This document shows, piece after piece, positions 49,641 through 58,963 of a stretch of 64,000 nt of DNA. Within the stretch, counting starts at the first letter, position 1; every line of letters begins with the position of its first letter. A program made the translations under genes and the position numbers. The notes under the pieces were generated by a model, which made no database searches, was not told the origin of the DNA, and saw only the letters and a program-made list of their open reading frames with translations. Source of the stretch: a virus. The DNA is taken from the IMG/VR virus record IMGVR_UViG_3300023184_000037, positions 64,001-128,000 of that record, one strand, 5' to 3'.

Positions 49641-50012
49641 ATGGCTAAAACTAAAAACTATTTAAACAATAAGGACCTTCATGATGCAATGAGTGAATCC
49701 AAGGAATTGGATAAATTAACTCCAACTGCAGAAAAAATGTTAATCCTATTGGCTGAAAGGGCTATCAATAGAATGTCGTATGTTAATAAAGACGATAGAG
49801 ATGACTGCCTCCAGTTTGCAATGTTAGACCTCTTAAAATACTGGAGAGGATTTAACCCAGTCTATCCAAATGCATTTGCCTACTTTACAGAAATTGCCAA
49901 AAGAGGATATGCAAAAGGTTGGAATAAAATTCACCCACAAAAATACAAAGGTACTATCTCTATGAGTAGAACATCAGGTGATGATGATAGTGGCGGGATC
50001 TATTCTATTTAA
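49641..50012 (+). CDS. gp55: Late sigma factor-like protein (T4 gp55-like, 123 aa)
   Basis: NYLNNKDL, MLILLAER, FNP, NAFAYFTEIA; promoter GAAAC 49592. Confidence 0.7.
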   Translation: MAKTKNYLNNKDLHDAMSESKELDKLTPTAEKMLILLAERAINRMSYVNKDDRDDCLQFAMLDLLKYWRGFNPVYPNAFAYFTEIAKRGYAKGWNKIHPQKYKGTISMSRTSGDDDSGGIYSI

Positions 50013-50500
50013 TGTCAATAAAGAATTTAAAACCAACCAAAAAATCCGGATTTAATCAAGGATATTTTAATCCCAAGAACCCTGAAAAATACATAGGTCC
50101 ATCACCTATTATTTACAGGAGCTCTTGGGAATATAAGTTTATGATTTGGTGTGACATCAATGACAAAGTTCTTTGTTGGTCTAGTGAACCTGTTGAAATT
50201 AAATATTGGTCTAGACAGGGAAACAAACAGAGAACATATCACCCAGACTTTTACTTTAAAATCTTAAAACAGGACGGCTCAAGTGAAGAGTTTCTTGCTG
50301 AAATCAAGCCAAAAAATCAAATACAAAAGCCAACACCTCCGGCAAAGCCAACTAAAAAAAGTCTTGCGTCCTACAAATTTCTTACGGAACAATACATAAA
50401 AAATCTGGATAAATATAATGCTGCTAAAGAATATGCAGCAAGTCGTTGTTGGCGATTTATTGTCCTAACTGAAGATACAATTAAAAATGGGTTACATTAA
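50012..50500 (+). CDS. gp4: Head completion nuclease (T4 gp4, TnsA-like)
   Basis: PKNPEKYIG, YRSSWE, WSSE, YHPDF, EIKP, FIVLTE. Confidence 0.85.
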   Translation: MSIKNLKPTKKSGFNQGYFNPKNPEKYIGPSPIIYRSSWEYKFMIWCDINDKVLCWSSEPVEIKYWSRQGNKQRTYHPDFYFKILKQDGSSEEFLAEIKPKNQIQKPTPPAKPTKKSLASYKFLTEQYIKNLDKYNAAKEYAASRCWRFIVLTEDTIKNGLH

Positions 50501-51122
50501 GCAGAGAATAACTGAACTTAGCAAAGAATATGGTGGTAAAGTAAAGGCTTCCATTGCATGTATGGATTGGTATGAAGCTGGAATCCGTTCTAAAAGTCAA
50601 AATGAGGCTAAATTGACCCGAACCCGCTTTCAACCTGGAAAGATTTATGTTTTTAAATACGATCCAAAATATAAGAAAGAGCTACCATGGTTTGACCAAA
50701 ATCCGGTAGTACTTGCGATAGAACAAGTTAATAATAATGACTTAGGAATTAATTTAAACCTGTTACCTGTTCCATTCAAGGAAAAGTTACTTGATGAATT
50801 ATTTACTAAAATGAAAATCAAGGTAGATAAACAGGAAACTGATATAATTTCGGAAATCACTGGAGTTGAAGCACCTAGTAATATTAATGCACTTAAAGAA
50901 AAACCTCTCCGAATAACTTATGAGGGGATAAAATTATACCTTGAAAAGTATGGATATGAGTTTGCTCTGCGACAATATATACCTTCAAGAAAAAAGGACC
51001 AAGCAGTTGTTAGTTATTCAAAATGGCCGGAAATAGCACTATGTGATTTCTTCCACTTTAAGAATACTAATGTAATGAAGGTCAGATTGATGTTTAAAGA
51101 CTATTTAAAAAAGAATATATAA
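50487..51122 (+). CDS. gp2: DNA end protector (T4 gp2-like)
   Basis: PGKIYVFKYDPKYKKELPWFDQNP, GINLNLLP, LRQY. Confidence 0.75.
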   Translation: MGYIKQRITELSKEYGGKVKASIACMDWYEAGIRSKSQNEAKLTRTRFQPGKIYVFKYDPKYKKELPWFDQNPVVLAIEQVNNNDLGINLNLLPVPFKEKLLDELFTKMKIKVDKQETDIISEITGVEAPSNINALKEKPLRITYEGIKLYLEKYGYEFALRQYIPSRKKDQAVVSYSKWPEIALCDFFHFKNTNVMKVRLMFKDYLKKNI

Positions 51123-51144
51123 CTTAAATTAATATAATAATATA

Positions 51145-52734
51145 ATGGCAGGATTTGTACAAAGAAATGGTCCATTGACTAAGCGACCGTTTAACCTAAG
51201 TAGTACCCTTAAGAAGTTATCTTCTTTTGGTATGTACTACGACGATTTGGTTCTTAGACAATCTCAAGCAATTGGGCCAGTAGAAGATGAAATTGGTTAC
51301 GGCCAAATGAACCCAACTGGGCTTGATAGTGATGACATGTATGGCGCGTTTGCAGCCCTTTCGATGGCTGATACTACAATGCGTAAAAATATTCCATTCT
51401 TTGACCAAGCATATCGTGGTAAAAGAGACGAATTACGATCATTTGCGCAGCATGATGAGATTGAAGACATATTAGATATACTTTGTGATGAATCGATAGT
51501 ATATGACAGTAAAAACTTCATAGCAAATCCAGAGATTATTGGAATGGAAGTTTCTGAAGATGTTCAAAAATATCTTAATAAAGCATATAGAGACCTTTAC
51601 CAATATTTTGGATTTAACCTAGACCAATCAGCATGGTACTTCTTTAGAAAATGGTTAATTGATGGTTATCTTGCATTTGAGATTATTTATAATCCTGAAA
51701 TGACTGAAGTTATTGGATTTAAAGAAATTGACCCAATCACATTAGTACCAGGTTATAACCATGAAGATGGTAAAAAAGTTTGGATTCAGTTTAAAGACGA
51801 TCCAGTTAAACAAAGAAAATTGTATGATGCACAAATTGTGTACATATCATATTCTTCGATTACTACCGCATCAAGGGTTTCTTACCTTGAAAGACTTGTA
51901 AGAGCATTCAACTTAATGAGAATTATGGAGCATACCAGAGTTATTTGGGCTGTTACAAATTCATCTTATAGAATGAAATTTATTATACCAGTCGGTGGTA
52001 AATCTAAAACAAGAGCAAAACAATCGCTTGCTCAGTTAATGAATAACTATAAAGAAGTTGTTGATTTTGATTGGGATAGTGCATCCCTTACAACTAACGG
52101 TAAACCAATGTTACAATTTAACAAAGAATATTGGTTACCTAGTAAAGACGGAGAGCAACCTGAGATTGAAACCCTTGGTGGTGATGGTCCAGAACTTAGT
52201 GACACAGAATCATTAAAATATTTCTCAGATAAACTTAAAGCAGTTTCAAAAATTCCTTACAATAGATTCATGTATGAAGATGGTGGAGGAGATTTCAATC
52301 TAGCAGCCGATGGTATGATTAGAGATGAGATTAAATTTGCTAAGTTCATTAATCGTTTACGTAGTTCATTCCAAGAGATATTGATTAAACCATTATGGCT
52401 TCAAATGTGTCTTAAATTTCCAGAATTTAAAGAGGACGCAGGATTTAGAACTCAAATTGCATTGAGATTTAACGAAGATAATATGTTCGCTGAATTAAAG
52501 ACAATGGAAATTATGCAAAAGAGACTTGAGTTTATTGGTTCAATGAAAGACTCGTTATCTACAACAAATCCAGTAACTATGGAAGAAACTCCATACTTTG
52601 ACCTTGAATTCTTGGTTGATAGATACCTTAAACTTTCTCCAGATGATAAAGCAGCTAATGATGCTTATAAAGCCCGAAATGATGCTAAAAAAGCAGCCGA
52701 ACCGGAAGAGGAAAATCCAATGATGGGAATGTAA
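51145..52734 (+). CDS. gp20: Portal protein (T4 gp20-like)
   Basis: FRKWLIDG, SYLERL, YWLP, EIETLGG, KIPYNR, RDEIKFAKFINRLR. Confidence 0.92.
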   Translation: MAGFVQRNGPLTKRPFNLSSTLKKLSSFGMYYDDLVLRQSQAIGPVEDEIGYGQMNPTGLDSDDMYGAFAALSMADTTMRKNIPFFDQAYRGKRDELRSFAQHDEIEDILDILCDESIVYDSKNFIANPEIIGMEVSEDVQKYLNKAYRDLYQYFGFNLDQSAWYFFRKWLIDGYLAFEIIYNPEMTEVIGFKEIDPITLVPGYNHEDGKKVWIQFKDDPVKQRKLYDAQIVYISYSSITTASRVSYLERLVRAFNLMRIMEHTRVIWAVTNSSYRMKFIIPVGGKSKTRAKQSLAQLMNNYKEVVDFDWDSASLTTNGKPMLQFNKEYWLPSKDGEQPEIETLGGDGPELSDTESLKYFSDKLKAVSKIPYNRFMYEDGGGDFNLAADGMIRDEIKFAKFINRLRSSFQEILIKPLWLQMCLKFPEFKEDAGFRTQIALRFNEDNMFAELKTMEIMQKRLEFIGSMKDSLSTTNPVTMEETPYFDLEFLVDRYLKLSPDDKAANDAYKARNDAKKAAEPEEENPMMGM

Positions 52735-52755
52735 TTAAATAAAAATATAGATACA

Positions 52756-53097
52756 ATGAAAATAATTAAAACATTTGAACAATTCACTAGTTCACTTCAA
52801 GAAGATGCAATCGACGCAGGAGAGGATTCAAAAGTAGTAGTTGATGATGTCTCACTTGATTCAGGAAAAACTATTAAATCTACTGAAATTTTAGGGGCTA
52901 TTATGTCTTCAAAAAGTGAGAAAGATTTTAAAGAATATTTCTACAAACAATATGGGAATACTGCATTTACCGAAGAGGATATGTTTACTCTAGTTAAATT
53001 CTTTAATGATTACCAAGAGGAAGTAGCTAATAAAGAAAAGGATGCCGAAAAAGACAAAGGAGACGGTGGAGAAGAAGATCCGTTAGCAGACATTTAA
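52756..53097 (+). CDS. Tagged acidic prohead core-like protein
   Basis: MKIIKTFEQF; between portal and protease. Confidence 0.55.
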   Translation: MKIIKTFEQFTSSLQEDAIDAGEDSKVVVDDVSLDSGKTIKSTEILGAIMSSKSEKDFKEYFYKQYGNTAFTEEDMFTLVKFFNDYQEEVANKEKDAEKDKGDGGEEDPLADI

Positions 53098-53157
53098 TTT
53101 TTAAAAATCTTCAAAAATTAACTGGATATATAATAGAAATATAATAAAATAATAATT

Positions 53158-55077
53158 ATGACTAATAACTTACTGATCTTAGAAAGATCGTCAACGGAAT
53201 TAGAGTTTAAACAAGAAGGTGGGACTTATGTTCTAGAGGGTATCTTTGGAGAAATCGATAAGAAAAATCGTAATAACCGAATCTATACTGAATCTGAATA
53301 CTTACCTCAAATTGAAGCTCTTCAAGCAAAAATTAAATCATCTAAACTTTTAGGTGAATTAGACCATCCGCAAACATTTGATGTTTCATTAAAAAATGTT
53401 TCCCACATTATTGAAGAACTTACGTATGACAATAATACAAAACAGGTTAAAGGACGTATCAGATTATTAGATACTGATGCTGGAAGACAGGCAAAAGCTC
53501 TTGTAGATGCTGGTGTTCCTCTTCAAATTTCAAGTAGAGCAGCTGGAGCAGTTGAATCTAATGGAACTGTAAAAATCAAACAATTATTTACTTATGATTT
53601 AGTAGCAGACCCTGGGTTTGAGAACGCTGAATTAAAAAGAGTTAATGAAGCCTATGGCTTTGTTAATGAAGGAAACGACTTATTTATTTACGAGATAAAT
53701 AAAGAAAACGAAAAACAACCAATCGAAAATATAAACGAAACAAAAATGGCAGAGTCTAAATTTATTACGGTTGAGGATTTTAATAAATACTCTAAATATC
53801 TTTCTGAAGAAATCAAATCTATTAAAGAAGGTATGAATTCTTTAACAGAAGCAGAGTCTACTAGTTCTCAATTAGGAACCCTAAAAGAATACACTGATTA
53901 TTTAGCTAAGAAATTAGAGGAATCAATCGCATATTCTGAACACATTGCTGAAAAAGCAGACCAAGGTATACAATATGCAGAAAATCTTGCAGAAAAAGTT
54001 GACCAAGGTATTCAATATTCTGAGCATATCGCTGAAAGCGTTGATGCTATCAAAAATTACACTAACTATTTAGCTGAATCTTACAATGAAGGTTCAACTT
54101 CTTACGAGAACTTAATTAAATATACTGAATATTTAAGAGAGAACTTAGAGAAAGTAACTGAATATGCTGAGTACGTTGCAGAAACTGTAAATAGTAATCT
54201 ATTATTAGAAGACGAAGCAGGAATCCCAGCTGAAGACTTAAAAGATGATTCTAAAAATGTTTCTCCAGAAGTAGTTGATGCTGATGGTAATGTAATTACT
54301 GGAAAACCAGAAGATGTTGAAGGTGAATTAAAACTTAAAGGTAAAGGAGCCGCTGGAGTTGAAGTTACTGAAGCAAAAGATGGATCTGAAGCAGGTTTAC
54401 CAGCTGAAGACCTTAAAGACGGTACTAAAGATGTTTCTCCTAAAGTAGTTGATGCTGACGGTAACGTAATCACTGGAACTCCAGAAGATGTAGAAAAGAA
54501 TTTAGAACTTGCTGGTAAAGGTGATGCCGCTGGTAAACAAGTTGATGCAATGGAGGCTTACAAAAATTCAATCACTTCTAAATTAGAAGCATTAGTTGAA
54601 AGTGTAAATGCTAAAAAATCAGATAACCCAACATTCTTTAAATTTATCTCTGAAGAGAAGGTAAATGAATTTAATGCCCTATCTACTGAAGATAAAACTA
54701 AAGTTGTAAGTGCAGTTGAAGGTAGAGGTTACCTAACAGAAGGACAAATATTAGCTCTATGGAATACTTCATTAAATGGAACTATAGAAACTCATGATGC
54801 ACCTGCAGTTATTAAATTAATGCCAACTGAATACCATGATACTTGGGCTAAATGTTCTGAAGGTAAGAAAAACCAAATCTTAGCACAGTCTAAATATCAC
54901 AAAGTTGAAACAGCTTACCAAGTTGCAAACTTCTGGCAAACTAGAGACCTTAGAGAGGTTGCTCCAGTAATGGAAAAAATCACTATGGTAAATGAATCAG
55001 CAGTTGAACCAACACAAACATTAGGTTATGATGCTACTGAATTAGGTGCAGAAATTGCAAAAAGATTCGCTAGATAA
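53158..55077 (+). CDS. gp21: Prohead protease (gp21-like) fused to scaffold/core protein (gp22-like)
   Basis: KNRNNRIY, GELDHP, VSHII, ISSRAAG, YDLVADPG; then YxEYxAE repeats; in-frame ATG at 53746. Confidence 0.88.
   Translation: MTNNLLILERSSTELEFKQEGGTYVLEGIFGEIDKKNRNNRIYTESEYLPQIEALQAKIKSSKLLGELDHPQTFDVSLKNVSHIIEELTYDNNTKQVKGRIRLLDTDAGRQAKALVDAGVPLQISSRAAGAVESNGTVKIKQLFTYDLVADPGFENAELKRVNEAYGFVNEGNDLFIYEINKENEKQPIENINETKMAESKFITVEDFNKYSKYLSEEIKSIKEGMNSLTEAESTSSQLGTLKEYTDYLAKKLEESIAYSEHIAEKADQGIQYAENLAEKVDQGIQYSEHIAESVDAIKNYTNYLAESYNEGSTSYENLIKYTEYLRENLEKVTEYAEYVAETVNSNLLLEDEAGIPAEDLKDDSKNVSPEVVDADGNVITGKPEDVEGELKLKGKGAAGVEVTEAKDGSEAGLPAEDLKDGTKDVSPKVVDADGNVITGTPEDVEKNLELAGKGDAAGKQVDAMEAYKNSITSKLEALVESVNAKKSDNPTFFKFISEEKVNEFNALSTEDKTKVVSAVEGRGYLTEGQILALWNTSLNGTIETHDAPAVIKLMPTEYHDTWAKCSEGKKNQILAQSKYHKVETAYQVANFWQTRDLREVAPVMEKITMVNESAVEPTQTLGYDATELGAEIAKRFAR
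54214..54534 (+). repeat. Tandem ~58-aa duplication (174-bp period) in scaffold region
   Basis: EAGIPAEDLKD...VVDADGNVITG.PEDVE twice, at 54214 and 54388. Confidence 0.85.
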
Positions 55078-55079
55078 TC

Positions 55080-55352
55080 ATGAAATATATCCAACTATTT
55101 GAAGGTTTTCTTAATGAAAATAATCAAAAGAAAATAGAGAAAGCCGCTGATAAATGGTGGAATTCTTTAATGGAAGAACCAGAACATAAGCATAATAAAG
55201 GATGGGATGCTGAAGACATGGATATGTTTATTGACCACCTTATGGAATTAGGTCTGGTTGATGAAGATCGTGATGACCTAGAGGAAGTACGTTCAGATAT
55301 GGAACAATATGTTGAAAATACTTTAGGATTCGAATTTGATTACGACAACTAA
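55080..55352 (+). CDS. Tagged acidic small protein
   Basis: MKYIQLFEGFLNE. Confidence 0.65.
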   Translation: MKYIQLFEGFLNENNQKKIEKAADKWWNSLMEEPEHKHNKGWDAEDMDMFIDHLMELGLVDEDRDDLEEVRSDMEQYVENTLGFEFDYDN

Positions 55353-55513
55353 TCAACATTATTTTTGGTTTTTTTAAAAATTTCAAAAAAACCATAGATA
55401 TATAATACTATTAAAACAATTCGATGCTCAGTTAAGAAGCAAAAAACTGAAATTATGTCGAAAACTCGTAATATACGAAAAATATAAAACCATTAAAAAA
55501 AATAAATTTACAA

Positions 55514-57016
55514 ATGGCAAATTTAATTAATGAAGCAGAAATCAGAGCAACGTGGGCTCCGATTATCGAATCTGCGACTGGTATCAACGATGCAAGCAAA
55601 TTAGCTTGGATGTCAGAATACTGTCACAACCACAAATTATACGAAGATGCTTCTCAAATGACTTTAGGTACTGCTGGTAATATCTTTGGTATGGGTGCTA
55701 CAACTTTACCTGGAAATACTTTCTCAGGTGGTATGTCTACTACAAAAGGTTCTGGTGATAAAGCTCCTTCTTTACTTCCTTTAGCAATGCAAGTTGCTGC
55801 TCAAACTATCGGTCTTGACTTAGTACCAGTAGTTCCTATGGCTGGTCCAATGGGATTATTATCTTACTTAGACTTTGTTTACGAAGGTGGTAAATTAGCT
55901 GGAACTACTGCTCCAACTTATGTTAAAGCTAACCCAGTTGCAGGTGTTGTAGATATTGCTGCTGCTACAGGTGGTTCTCCAGCTGTTCCAACATCTACAT
56001 CTTATACTTACATTGGAAAATCTCGTATCGACGGTTATTCAATCTTTAAAGTAAATGGTAACCCAGTTGCTGCTAACGTTGCTGCCGATTTACTATTAGC
56101 TGTAAATGCTGTATTATCTCCTGATACTACTGCTACTATCTTAGATGTACAATTAGTTAAAGCTTTAGAGGATCACGTTAAAGGATTCGCTGCTTCTACT
56201 GCTTCTGGTACTCCATTCTCAAGAGAAGCTGGAGAACAAACTCCAGATAAAATCATGGGTCTATCTTTATTCTCTAAATCAGTTACAGCTGAAACTTTCC
56301 AAGTTGCTGCTGCTGTTACAAGAGAGCAAGTTCAAGATTTAAAACAATTCGGAGTTGACGCTGTTGCTCAAGTTGAAGCTGTTTTAACTAATGAATTAAC
56401 TCAAGGTATTAACCAATACATCTTAGGAAGAATCAGAACTTTAGGTGCTCTTAACGTTACTAGAGCATTCAGTGCTAACGCATTCGATATAAGCTTACCT
56501 ACTGCTGCATCTTTAAATGGTGGAGAAACTTTACCTTCTGTTCACAGAAGAATCCTTTCTCAAATCTTAGCCGCTGCTAACTTAATTGCTAACCGTGGTA
56601 GAAGAGGTGCTGGTAACTTTGCAGTATGTGGACCACAAACTGCTACAGTTTTACAATCAATTGCTGGTTTTGTTGCAAACCCAATGGCAAATACTTTCGC
56701 ACAAGCTGCTGGAGCTATCTACCCATTAGGATCTGTTGCTGGAATCAACATATATACTGACCCTACAATGGACTGGTACGATTATTCAATCGCAGTTGGT
56801 AGAAAAGGAGACGGAAATGGACCTGGTATTGTATTCATGCCTTACTTAATGGCTGAATCAGTTCAAGCTATTGCTGAAGGAACTATGGCTCCTAAAGTAG
56901 CTGTTAAATCTAGATTTGCTCTAGTTGATGCAGGATTCCACCCTGAAACTCAATATGTTGAGTTTAACGTAACTGTTAATGGTAGCGCTACTGCTAACTT
57001 ATTAACTTTAGCTTAA
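55514..57016 (+). CDS. gp23: Major capsid protein (T4 gp23-like)
   Basis: WAPIIE, VVPMAGPMG, EQVQDLK, RRGAGNF, FMPY, KSRFAL; strongly biased codon use; late promoter 55397. Confidence 0.92.
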   Translation: MANLINEAEIRATWAPIIESATGINDASKLAWMSEYCHNHKLYEDASQMTLGTAGNIFGMGATTLPGNTFSGGMSTTKGSGDKAPSLLPLAMQVAAQTIGLDLVPVVPMAGPMGLLSYLDFVYEGGKLAGTTAPTYVKANPVAGVVDIAAATGGSPAVPTSTSYTYIGKSRIDGYSIFKVNGNPVAANVAADLLLAVNAVLSPDTTATILDVQLVKALEDHVKGFAASTASGTPFSREAGEQTPDKIMGLSLFSKSVTAETFQVAAAVTREQVQDLKQFGVDAVAQVEAVLTNELTQGINQYILGRIRTLGALNVTRAFSANAFDISLPTAASLNGGETLPSVHRRILSQILAAANLIANRGRRGAGNFAVCGPQTATVLQSIAGFVANPMANTFAQAAGAIYPLGSVAGINIYTDPTMDWYDYSIAVGRKGDGNGPGIVFMPYLMAESVQAIAEGTMAPKVAVKSRFALVDAGFHPETQYVEFNVTVNGSATANLLTLA

Positions 57017-57051
57017 TATTTTAAATTAGAATCTACATTCTAATTATACTT

Positions 57052-57083
57052 AAAGGGAACTGAGAAATCAGTTCCCTTTTTTT
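57052..57083 (+). terminator. Intrinsic terminator after capsid gene
   Basis: aaagggaactga-gaaa-tcagttcccttt then T run. Confidence 0.9.
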
Positions 57084-57120
57084 GTGATATATAATCTATC
57101 AAACAAAATACATTAAAATT

Positions 57121-58404
57121 ATGAACAAATTTGAAAATTGGTATACAAGTATACTTGAAGAGGTTGCAACAGCACCTACCAACACCCTAGTTGGAGATGT
57201 TGATACGATTATAAGTTCACTAGGTACCCTTGTTAAAGAATTAACTGAGGAACTTAATGGACCTGAATTTAATGAACTAAACGAGGCTGATGCAGAAGGT
57301 CCAAGTAAAGTTTGGCAATGGATTTGGTGGATGCCAAAGGCCCGAAAAGCACAACAAAAGGTCAATAAGATTAAATTAAACATCACTGATATGGAAGGTG
57401 CTTCAGCAGATGCGCCAGATGCAGAACAAAAAGCAAAAATTACTGCTAAAGCAAAACAAGCTAAAGAACAAGCATCAGAACTTCAAAAGATGGTTGATGA
57501 TAAATATGGAGCAAAAGGAGAACTTGTTAAAAGAGTCCTTGGTACAGAAAAAATCGCTGGACAAATTGCATCTATTAAAAGAGCAACTGGATTAGAAGAT
57601 AACCCAGAAAGAATTGCATCTTATAAAGAAAAAATGGCAGAGCTTCAGGCAAAGTATAAAGAAGATCAGGCTGCAATCAAAGAACTTGAACCTTCTGAAG
57701 ATGATATTGCTGCTGAAAAAACCCGTAAAAAAGAAGAGGCAGAAGCACAAGCTAAATTAAATAAAGACGCAGAAGCTGCTAAGAAAGGTAAATCTGAAAA
57801 AGATGACACTGAAGCAACGGATGATAAAACTCCACCTGCAACGGATGATAAAACTCCACCTGCAACGGATGATAAAACTCCAGCTGAAACTCCAGAAGAA
57901 AAGGAAGCTAGAGAAAAGAAAGAGAAAGAAGCAGCTGAAACTCCAGAAGAAAAGGAAGCTAGAGAAAAGAAAGAGAAAGAAGCAGTTGAAACTCCAGAAG
58001 AAAAAGAAGCTAGAGAAAAGAAAGAGAAAGAAGACGCTGATGCTCAAAAAATAGAAGCATTAAATACTGCAATTTCAGGACTAGAAACAAAATTAAAGGA
58101 TGCAGAAGCAGCTGAACCTAAAGATGAAGAAGCTATCAAGACATTAAAATCTGAAATTGAAACTAAAAAAGGAGAACTAGATGCATTAAAACCATCTGAA
58201 TCTTTAGTTAATAGAGCAAATGCCGCTGGTTTAAATGAATTAGCAACTGAAATAGGTTCTAAATTTAGTTGGCAGGTTGCTGAGGGAACTGTATTGCACC
58301 AAAAATATGATGCAATTATTAAAAAGGCAGAATACTCAAATACATTAAATGAGTCAAGATACCAAAATCTAAGTGTTAAAGATAAATTCTCTAAATTACT
58401 ATAA
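57121..58404 (+). CDS. Charged coiled-coil late protein with tandem repeats
   Basis: Late promoter 57086; MNKFENWY..ILEE; ELNE, TLNE sites. Confidence 0.7.
   Translation: MNKFENWYTSILEEVATAPTNTLVGDVDTIISSLGTLVKELTEELNGPEFNELNEADAEGPSKVWQWIWWMPKARKAQQKVNKIKLNITDMEGASADAPDAEQKAKITAKAKQAKEQASELQKMVDDKYGAKGELVKRVLGTEKIAGQIASIKRATGLEDNPERIASYKEKMAELQAKYKEDQAAIKELEPSEDDIAAEKTRKKEEAEAQAKLNKDAEAAKKGKSEKDDTEATDDKTPPATDDKTPPATDDKTPAETPEEKEAREKKEKEAAETPEEKEAREKKEKEAVETPEEKEAREKKEKEDADAQKIEALNTAISGLETKLKDAEAAEPKDEEAIKTLKSEIETKKGELDALKPSESLVNRANAAGLNELATEIGSKFSWQVAEGTVLHQKYDAIIKKAEYSNTLNESRYQNLSVKDKFSKLL
57814..58033 (+). repeat. 3x24-bp (ATDDKTPP) followed by 3x51-bp (ETPEEKEAREKKEKEAA) coding tandem repeats
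   Basis: Units at 57814, 57838, 57862 and at 57886, 57937, 57988. Confidence 0.92.
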
Positions 58405-58899
58405 TTTCGAATTTTTTCTGGCAATATTTAAAAACTCCTTTTGTTGATTCAATAGGAGTTTTTTTACGTGTTCTTGAAAGGCAACTGAAGATTTCAGGAT
58501 TCTACCGTCCACTGTTTTACCACCAAGAGTATCGTGATAATCAGGATGAACAAAGTTCTCTGCATTAAAGTTATTAATATTAGACCTGATAGGTTCACCA
58601 GAAAGCGCGCAAGTCCAATCAATTGTATCATAACTATTTGCAAGTTCCTCACTTTTCATAAGTTCTCCAGTCGACCAATCATAATAGTACCTGTCCCTTT
58701 TTGAATCGTTCTTATATTTACACAATTCAAAAATAATATGTAGGAACTGGTCAGATTGCGCTCTTTCTTTCATTAATGGATTCTCTAGAAGTAATCGACG
58801 CTGTTGTCGCGAGAGTCCATCATAACAAACACCATATCTATTCCTTGGATATGGTCCTCCAGTTCGACGAATCTTTGGGTATTTGTTATTAAAAGCCAT
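58399..58899 (-). CDS. Hypothetical protein, the only credible minus-strand gene
   Basis: Fills gap with no + strand ORF; CALSGEP..HPDY; GATAAATA just upstream on minus strand. Confidence 0.7.
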   Translation of the reverse strand: MAFNNKYPKIRRTGGPYPRNRYGVCYDGLSRQQRRLLLENPLMKERAQSDQFLHIIFELCKYKNDSKRDRYYYDWSTGELMKSEELANSYDTIDWTCALSGEPIRSNINNFNAENFVHPDYHDTLGGKTVDGRILKSSVAFQEHVKKLLLNQQKEFLNIARKNSKL

Positions 58900-58963
58900 A
58901 CAATATTTATCTGAAACTTATAGGTACTGTCTTATATAATACTTATAAACTTAAACCTAAAAA

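Noticed and set aside
50012-50500. TnsA-like protein as evidence of a Tn7 transposon
   Set aside because: Context (gp55, gp2, portal) identifies it as gp4 head completion nuclease; no TnsB/C or transposon ends
57757-58424. Alternative-frame ORFs 57757..58047, 57803..58054, 58044..58424
   Set aside because: Shadows of the low-complexity repeats in the 427-aa gene
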